Positions 55,420 through 64,000 of a DNA stretch of 64,000 nucleotides are shown in pieces. A program made the translations under genes and the position numbers. This DNA comes from Gnetum montanum (taxonomy: Eukaryota > Plantae > Gnetophyta). The DNA lies in NCBI GenBank assembly GCA_015680685.1, contig MNCI01002813.1:1442287-1506286 (forward strand), read 5' to 3'. The notes under the pieces are model-generated. The model made no database searches and had not been told where the DNA came from. It saw only the letters and a program-made list of their open reading frames with translations. Within the stretch, counting starts at the first letter, position 1; each line of letters opens with the position of its first letter.

Positions 55420-58400
55420 TTAGGCATAGTATGGCTTGAGGTACAAGTGATTCACTAGGTTGGCGAACTCGTTGCTATCCATGTCTGCCAACTTGAAGGC
55501 TCCATTCCTGAAGGCTTTAGTGACCACGTAAGGGCCTTCCCAATTGGTTAAGAATTTTCTCACGTGCTCGTGGACGGCCTTGAGGATGAGGTTTCCATTT
55601 TGCACTGGCCATTGATATGGGTCTGCACGGTGCTTCTACTACTGCTTGCTTTGGTAGTGCTCAATGCATCTCAGCGTCTATGTGCACTCCTCCTCTATTA
55701 TGTCGAGGTCGATGGTCCACGACTCATTGCTCTAGGCTTCGCTCACAACATCAAATAGGATCATCCGAAGTGAAGGTACCTGCAGCTCAAGAGGCAACAT
55801 AGCTTCAGATCCGTAAACAAGGCTATAAGGAGTCTTACTTGTTGTGATTCTGCACGTCATCTGGTAGGCCCATAGAACATAAAGGATTTGCTGGTGCCAC
55901 TGCCTCTTGCTGTTGTTAAGCATCCGCTTCAGCAAGTTGATGATGGATTTATTTGTAGCCTCTGCCTGCCCATTCACCTGCGGGTAATAGGGGGAGGAGT
56001 ATGATTGTTTAATGCCTAGATTGTTGCAGAAGGTTCGGGTTTCTATACTACTAAACTGTTGTCCATTATCAGTCACAATAGTCATTGGAAGCCCAAATTT
56101 GGTTACGATGTTGTCTAGGATGAAATGGTAGATTTGCTAAGACATCGTCTTCCTCGGGGGGATAGCCTCCACCCACTTGGTAAAGTACTCAATGGCGGTG
56201 ATAATGAAACTATGCCCTATGGAGGACTTAGGCATGATAGGCCCTATGAGGTCTAATCCCCATCATTAGAAGGGCCACGTGATTTTCGTTGGGTGGAGGT
56301 CTGTAGGTGCTATGTGTATGAGATTTTCATATCTTTGGCATGTGTCGCACGTCTTAACTTTCGACAAGCAGTCACACTCCATGTGGGTCCAGTAGTACCC
56401 TAGGCGTCTGATTTTTGCAACCATATCCCTAGGCGCTATGTGTCCATTGCAAAGTCCCTCATGTACTTCATTAACTACCTTCTACACCTGCTCCCTACCC
56501 ACACATGCTAGAAATATCCTGTCATAGGAACGTTGACACAGGCCATCATTTTCCATGAGCACATATTGTTGGGCATGCCTATAGATTGCATCTCTCTGGG
56601 CAAATGTCAATCCACCTGGGGGCTCACCATGCTGCAGGTAAGCTTTAATGTGGGAATACCACTCCTAGGTATCCATGGCACTGACAGAGGCCAGATGTTC
56701 CACCTGAGTGATAGGCTCTACACATTCGATAATCGAAATTGGTAGGTTTTCCCAAGAATGTGATGGAATGTTTAATGCCAGAGTAGCTAAGGCATCTGCC
56801 ATGGTGTTCTCATTGCGTGGCACGTGTTGAACATCTATGGTTGCAAATTGCTTAAGTAGGTTTTTTGCTAGGTCACAGTAGGGTTGCAGGTGTGTAGCCT
56901 TGTAGGCATAGACCTTAGTGATTTAATTCATGACTAGTTGTGAATCTCCCCAAATTTCCAGGTGTTGTATGTGCAGTGCTTGGGTAGTTAAGAGGCCTCT
57001 AAGTAACCCCTCATATTCTGCCACATTTTTGATGCAAGGGAACATAAAATGATATGTAGATAGATGTATTTCCCCAGAAGAGAGTGTGATGATGACAGCG
57101 GCGCTAACCCCTTACGTGGTTGAGGTGCTATCGAAGTATAAAGTCGCTTCGAGATGCGATGAGACAATGTCGATATTGCTAACATGCTCGTCCGGGAATT
57201 CGGGGTCTATGATGGCCTGGTCATTGACAGGCAAGGCCATGAGTTGGATTGCTATGGCTTGACCCTTCGTCGATGATTAGCTTACATAGTGTAAATCAAA
57301 CTCCACGATTATTACCTTCCAACGGGCTATCCTGCTACTTTCGTATAGGTTTTTAGTGATATCCTGGAGTATATTACTTTTGCAGATGACGTTGGTCGTA
57401 CTACGGAATAGGTAATGCCTCCACTTCTTTAGTGCGAACACTAAGACAAGCCAGTTCCTCTCCACTTCATTGTATTTCACCTCATGCGCTATTAGTGCGT
57501 GGCTTAGGTAATACACTGGTATTTCAGAATCATTGTCTCATTTCTGACATAGCAGTGCCGTGATAGATGTGTCAGAGGTGGCGAGGTAGATAAAGAAGGA
57601 TTTGTTCCCTTGTGGTGGATGCATGATTGGGAGGTGTGAAAGCTCCTCCTTCAAGTCATTGAAGGCTTGTTGACACTGGGTTTTCCACTCAAAGTTAACC
57701 CCCTTCTTTAGAAGATGTTGCATGGGGTGTAACTTGTCAATCAACCTTGCTATGAACCTTCGAATAAACTGTACCCTACCTTGCAAACCACGTAGCTCCT
57801 TGAGATTTCTGGGAGGTGCCAGGTTGACGATGGCCTTGACTTTGTCAGGGTCCACCCATATTCTAGCCTCTGATACTACAAAGCCTAACATGCGTCTGAT
57901 TTTCACACTGAAGATGCACTTCTTGGGATTGAGGCGTAAGTCGTGCATTTGGCAATGTTTGAGGACTATTCCTAGATTGCGTGGGTGATCAACTACTTCT
58001 TTGGACTTGACTACTACATCATCCATGTAATCGTTCAATGTTTCTAGGATATAGTTGCTAAAAATGTAGGTCATCGTTCACTGGTAGGTTGCTCCAGCAT
58101 TCTTGAGCCCGAAGGGCATCATGGTGTAATAGAAAGTACCCCATGGAGTCATGAAGGTTGTTGACAGTTGATGCTTTGGGTTAATGTGGATTTAGTTATA
58201 TCCGGAGAAATCATCCATGAAGGATAGCAGAGCATGATCAACCATGATGTCGATGAGCTGATCGATACTTGGAAGTGGGAATTTATCCTTCATCATTACC
58301 TTGTTCAAATCCCAGAAGTTTATACAGATCTGTATTCCTCTCATTTTCTTTGAAACTACAATGATGTTGGACACCCACTCTGAGTAGTCAACCATGCAGA

Positions 58401-58890
58401 TGAAACCAGCTTGGTATAGTTTGTTGATTTCATCCCTCATGGCTAGTGTGATTTTCAACTTAACTTTACGAGCCTTCTACTTGACTGCCTTCATGTGTGG
58501 GCCTAGGACGATGTTGTGTTGAATCAGCCATGGATCCAGACCCAGCATGTCGTTGTATGACCATACAAAGACATCGATGTTGTCTTGCAGAACCTTGGCT
58601 ACATTTTTGTGCATTTATGTGTGTAGGAGGGAGTTGAGTTTCAACATCCTCACCTCCCCTTTTGACGTGGTCATAGGCATCTCGACGAGAGGGTCCTCGG
58701 TTACATCCTTGACCTCTAAATCTAGGACTTGGACTAGATGCTTGGGCCAGTTTGGGAATGTCTCTAAGGCTACTATAATGCTAGTTGTGGTCAATCCCCA
58801 GTCAATCAAGTTGGGGTTCAACTATCTCGCAAGTTTTCCATGTGGCCCTACTAGCGTTAGGGGCATGGAGAGGTCGTGATGAACTTCCAT
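55420..58890 (-). pseudogene. pol (RT-RH-aRH-INT) of element C
   Basis: RT FMDDFSGYN, DYMDDV. RH PVYYLS. aRH LYFDS, KNVAEYEGL, WGDSQLV, RNENTMADALA (about 57140-56775). INT GLDLIGP, TDNGQQF, YYPQVNGQAE, WEGPY. Confidence 0.95.
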
Positions 58891-59802
58891 CTCTTGCTCG
58901 ACCTGCCAACATAATATAAAAGTCTGGTTAAGAGGCATCTATTGGTAGAGATTGTGTATAGCAAAAACTTGTAAAGCAGTGAGGGGCTGCAACTTGTGAA
59001 ATGTAACGATGTAAGATTGAAAGTTGCTAGTTTAAGGTCATGGCGGACCGCCAAGGCATAAGAGTGCAGAACTGCTGAAGATGTAAAACTGTTGATGCAA
59101 AGTGTAAAGCTGTGGAACTGTTAATATGCAAATGTCAAACTACTTGTTTAGTTTCTTTCAGACTGCCAAATTATAACATACAAAATCTTATCATGCAAAA
59201 AATGATAGTATGCAAAACGGGGAATTGTTGGTATGAGAAGTGCCAAGCTGTTGATGCGAAAATGCGAATTGCTAACATGAAAGCATGAAACTGCTAGAAG
59301 TTGCGACACTGCCAATGTGGAAGAAGACATGAAAGACCGCCTACGTAAGAATGTGGTATTATTAGTTTAATGTCATTGCAGACTGCAAACATAACAAGTT
59401 GAAACTGCTAGTTTAGGGTCTTTTTAGACCGTTAGAGGTGTAACTATGCTAGGATTGCTAATTTAAGGTCTTTTTGGACCCATAACAAATATATATATAT
59501 ATATAGATAGTTGGCTTGAAGCGTGTCAAGGCTTTAATGCTAACTGCGCTACGATGTCATGGCAAGCATGCTACGTTGTACGGCATGATCTGCATTAATT
59601 GGAGAGAGAGGGTGGCAAGTTTTTCCATCTTGCCATCATGACCATAAGTAGGGGTTAAACCCTAGTAATTTTTCCATTTTCCACTGTAAGAGCGCAGAGC
59701 CCACATCGAAGCACAAGGCGATTTCAGAGCGCGAAGCAATTGTGTTAATGACTAGCAAGGTGAGTTCTTTGCAGCGAAGAGGGTGAATTTGCAGGCAAGG
59801 CA

Positions 59803-62270
59803 ATGGCTCCTAAGACTCATTTGCTGCTTGCAAAGGTTGAGGAGGTGAAGAAGACCCTGGGGTGCATGACACAATCATCCATTGTGGCATGGAGGAGCAC
59901 ATCGTTGACCTAGTAAGTTACTATGCTTCCTTCACCTTTCTGTTTTGAGTCTTTTGTTGTTCTCTGCTCTCATTTTGTGTCTTGTTCATTTTGCATCCAT
60001 TTTTGGCTATCTGTGTTTTTTGTGGTCACATAATTTTATCCTTTGCATCATCGTTGTCACCGTTTCGGTCATGGCAGAAGCATAAACACTACGTCATAGT
60101 TACATGCAAGGCTGCTTAAACTGCCACCGCCGCGGTTGCCATAATCATAGGGGTTAGGACAATTTAAGTTGCTTGACTTTCGAATGTCGTAACGTAGAAC
60201 CCTTAGGAGGGCTAGGCCATGTGCGATGTGACAATGCGACATGTATTTTTTTATGCCATATTGCCAATTTTTCTATTGCTACGCTAGCCTATTTGCATGT
60301 TCTTACTACACTAGGCTTTCACGCCCTTGCTACGCTATGCGCGAGAAGAGGATTATGCTACGCTGCTACTATGTTGCGTGTGTATTTCCTTTAGATGTGA
60401 TGCTAACATTTGCTAATTGTGTTGTGCATGGTGGGGTTGAGACCCAGGCTAATTGTTTTGTAATTTAGAGGGGTCTTGTGTCACGTGGGAAAACCTATGG
60501 CTAATGCTCCTTCTCACTAGATACGTATGGGAGAGCGAGGGGTCTAGTTCAGGCCAAGGGCACAGGACTTCCTAAAATTCCTCCTTGACCACTTCAGTAT
60601 GATCATTTGGTCCTCCCTGGAGGGGGAGGAGGCGGTTGGCATAACAGAAGCTATTTTGCCTGGGGCAAGCCGAGGCATTCTAAGGTTCCTGACCGACAAG
60701 GCAATCACGAGTGGGTGGGGAGAAGGATCCAGTTAGCACCCAATAGGGTTAAGGTGCTTAGCCTAGATCTGGGATATGACTGAGTATAACTGCTACCACC
60801 ATTTCAACCCATTTTTTCTTGCACGTTTTATGACAACGTGCTTCCAGAGCCCTCAGGGAACTATCTATTGTGCTGGCAGGTGAGTTTTATAACTTTGTTC
60901 AGCTATGTTTGCGTGATGATGGCCATAATGACCTTATGCTAACAGTATGCATTTGCTACTAGGTTCTTCATTGACGAGGATGGGGTTCATGACCTACCGG
61001 GTTTACTAGCTATAGCACAACTAGCCCTGCAAGAGTTCTCTCTTACTGAGAACTTGTGGGTGGGTGTGATCAGTCAATGCAAGGGTGAATACCACACCTA
61101 CCCAGATGTATATTCTCCCCTATATGATCAGTGCAGGAGGTAGGGTTGGTTGGATGGGGAGTAGGCAAAACCTTTTAAACCGATCACGATTGAAGAAGTT
61201 CTAGTTGAACTCCCACAATTTTCATTGCCATACTGACCTAGTAGGTCAAGCGGTAAGTGCCACATGTGTGAGTGTCTTTGCGATTTTAAATTTTCTACGT
61301 TTCTTGCTAAATGTTTTCATGGAACTATTGCAAGGGCAAAGAAGCCTCAGGAGGTGATGATGGTAACTGCCAGGGCACAGGGGGTGAATGTCTACTTCAA
61401 GTATGGAGAAGTAGAGAAGAGCCAAAGCTAGTTGAATGGTGGGGCCTCAGACGCCCTAGTCCAAAACCTCAAAAAGATGGAGCTTCTAGACCTATTCCTG
61501 GCCCCGAATCTCAACGTTCCTACAACCGAGATGCTCACCTTAGTCGAATGCTTTTCTAACAAGGTGGGTCACTTTCACCTACGTGTGTATGATGTGCAGT
61601 TGGTCATTGACATCAATGACCAGTTGTTCATGGATCTGTTCAGTGTCCTTGCTGAAGGCATTTCAATAGAGTCGAAGTCCAACTCAGAGCTGAACCTCCA
61701 GAAGAATGACATTGAGGAGTGGTTAAGGCTCACTAAGGAGCATAAGGGGCTTCCTATGGAGAAACTCAAGGATGGACCTGCCAAGGAGTTTTACCCCATC
61801 TTCCAAGCTCGCACATTCCCCTAGCTGCTCACCCAGGGAAAGGTCCTAGTGCTTGAGCAGGCTTGGATAATGAGTGAGATTATGGAGGAGGGGACCTGCT
61901 ACAACTTAGCTGAGTCCCTGTGTAAAGGCTTGCGGGCTGAAATCTTGGGGCACTATACAAAAATAGAGTCACGTTCCAACATCCATTACGCCTTCTACAT
62001 AGGCTGCTTAAAGCGCTTCGTCGTGATAGGCCTTAGTCACAAAAAATTTGCTGATTTGCAAACTTTGCTTCTTGCATTGCAAGAATTGTGAACTTTGCTG
62101 ATTCTGCCCTTTGAGTTGCCTTCTGTCTCTTCCGCAGGATTGCAACGCCTCATTATGCCATGTAGCTCAACATAGCGTAGCAGCAAACATGGTCTGCCAC
62201 TTCCAAATGGAAAGATACATTGCTGAAGGACTTGCAATTGAGTGAGGGAACTGGTTGTATAGCTGTTACC
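59803..62270 (+). pseudogene. Spliced antisense accessory gene of element C: FCP1/NIF-like domain plus PMD/DUF1985-like domain; exons about 59803-59912, 60430-60879, 60963-61252, 61335-62020, 62138-62270
   Basis: LRPRLIVL*FRGVLCH...V*FRPRAQDFLKFLLDHFSMIIWSS...LRCLA*IWDMTEYNCYHHFNPFFLARFMTTCFQSP. GTAAGT/GTGAGT donors at 59913, 60880 and 61253. Homologous to 30538-32814. Confidence 0.75.
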
Positions 62271-62804
62271 ATGCTATGCTATGCTACGTAGCATACCTTG
62301 GCGCTTCTTTCCGTGATTGTTTTCTAAAACTTGCTACGCTACATAGCAACACATAATGTAGTGTAGTAGACTTCGTGACTTAGAAAACTCTTTGAACTAT
62401 TTCATGCACCCTGAGCGGTGCTGTCAACTCTACGCACCATTTCTAAGCAGGCTGTCGATTGGGCAGGCTACTTGGGTGGATAGGCAAGACGATTTGTAGA
62501 GCTTGTTCATGCCCAAAGTAGAAAATTTTCCGAATTGGCTGGCCTGAATTCAGAGCGTTCTCCTCCTGAAAAACTATCGTGGCACTGCACAAATTGCAAG
62601 GCCTGGTGAAGCGAGAATGACTTCGAATTTTTTGGAGTGTTTCAATAATCTTATTCCATCATCACAAGCAATCTTTGATGTGGTTTGGCAACTATAAAAT
62701 CAAGTATGAAGAGGAAACATTAGTGATATACTTGTGGTGGTGTTTTGCATTATTTGTCAATGTTTCTCAAGTTAATACTCAAAACATCAAAAAATAGGGG
62801 TGCA

Positions 62805-64000
62805 TGAAACATCACAAAGAAAATTCATGTCACAACCTATAATCAAAAATTCATTATAACTTGGTGAAAAAATAGTGGCAAACACAATTACCTTATTTTT
62901 TCCAAGATCTAGCATTATAACCTTTACGAATGGAATTTGAGGTAGTATTTTTATTGTAAAATGTAAAATTTGCACTTCATAGGCTACAATCTCACACATC
63001 ATAGCTTATGAAGGCTAAAAATTCCTTCATAAGCTATGAATGCCTCATCTTCTAAGGAGGAAAAGCTATAGTTTTCATGTATCTAGGCTTGGAAAGGCCA
63101 ATAATGCCTTGCAAACCACCAAATTTGGGCATTTCTTAGTTTATATGCTAGCTATGGAAGCTTTTACACTAGAGCCACCTGCAAATCCAACATATAAAAT
63201 TTGGGCTTTCATTTTACACTAGAGGAGCCTGCACAATTAGCGTATAAAATTTGGATTTTGAGTTTTTATGCTAGGCCTTGGATTTTTACACTAGCAGCAT
63301 TTCTATACTAGGAAACACATGAAGCTAGCATAAAAAGCATACAAATCTCCAAATTTATAGTAATCTATCAACAATCATGGCAGAAATTTGTAGTAACAAA
63401 TTAGTCACCATATGGCCTATTTAAACTAAAGTTGACCACATTGAAAGGACTTTTGGTATTTTTCATTTGACTAAACATTAATACTTTTAGTACAATGCAT
63501 ATCACCATAATTCTATAACCATTTCATCTCTCAAGACTTATGATAATTTTGATTCAAGCTTAACACCAAGATTTTCAGAGCACTACATATTAACCAAGAG
63601 TCCACAACTAGTCTTCCACCTATAACACAAATCTAGTGACAAAGAAACTAGTGATGAGCTTAAGGTGCAAAACATATGCGACCATCAAGAGCAAAGTTGA
63701 CTACAAAACATACCCTTCTAGCTAGATTGGACCCAAGGCATTCTCTCTTTGGCCCTTTGTGCATTGAAATTCAGAAATTTGTACCATTTAAACTCTCTTT
63801 TCATGAACAATTTCAGTATCCTCATAAAAATTTTGTTGTTTCATTTATTCAAGTACAAATTTTTTCTTCTTTGCATTTAGAACTACATCTATAATTTTAT
63901 TTACTCAAATTAATAACAAATTACAAATCCATAAGTCATTGACAAGATCATCCAAGATGCTTAAGATCCTTTTCCCAAGGACTGTGGATCCAAAGCTAAA
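62805..64000 (+). repeat. 3' LTR of element B (runs off the window end)
   Basis: TGAAAC start after PPT AAAAAATAGGGG. Aligns along its whole length to 24339-25584. Confidence 0.85.

Larger units (their letters stand above)
53789..62644 (-). mobile_element. Tat-clade element C (short 368-bp LTRs, RT-RH-aRH-INT, antisense accessory gene, no gag/protease), nested in B
   Basis: Direct repeats 53789-54156 and 62277-62644 (TGAAACA...TAGCA on the minus strand, about 83% by eye over the first 100 nt). PPT AAAGAGGGG at 54161-54169. Confidence 0.85.
24339..64000 (+). mobile_element. Tat-clade LTR retrotransposon B with nested insertions D and C; integrase absent
   Basis: 24339-25584 aligns with 62805-64000 (about 80% by eye). 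PBS after the left copy, PPT AAAAAATAGGGG before the right copy. gag, PR, RT, RH and aRH lie in between. Confidence 0.75.

Noticed and set aside
62254-62271. TGGTAACAG as a tRNA-iMet PBS for element C
   Set aside because: Only a partial match to TGGTATCAGAGC, and it overlaps an apparent exon of the accessory gene. Left unresolved.

Overview
Land-plant nuclear DNA (probably a gymnosperm or other non-angiosperm vascular plant; inference) with two N gaps. One intact host gene, a two-exon CYP71-clan (CYP76-like) cytochrome P450 at 15435-17977 with an atypical I-helix (AGPHVT instead of AGxDTT), sits in a CpG-rich island. The rest is mostly decayed, nested retroelements. Tat element A (1-9556) has its extra RNase H between protease and RT and an intact 3' extra ORF. 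There are four Athila-like copies or relics (E, F, G, D) and two LINE relics. Tat element B has LTRs at 24339-25637 and 62805->64000 that bracket about 40 kb, including Athila D and a gag-less Tat element C (53789-62644). The main finding is that B and C carry the same spliced, antisense accessory gene just upstream of their RT-RH-aRH ORF (between protease and RT in B). It encodes an FCP1/NIF-type (HAD, CTD-phosphatase-like) domain with the catalytic Asp motifs replaced, and in C this is followed by a PMD/DUF1985-like domain. All alignments and identities were done by eye, and coordinates in decayed regions are approximate.
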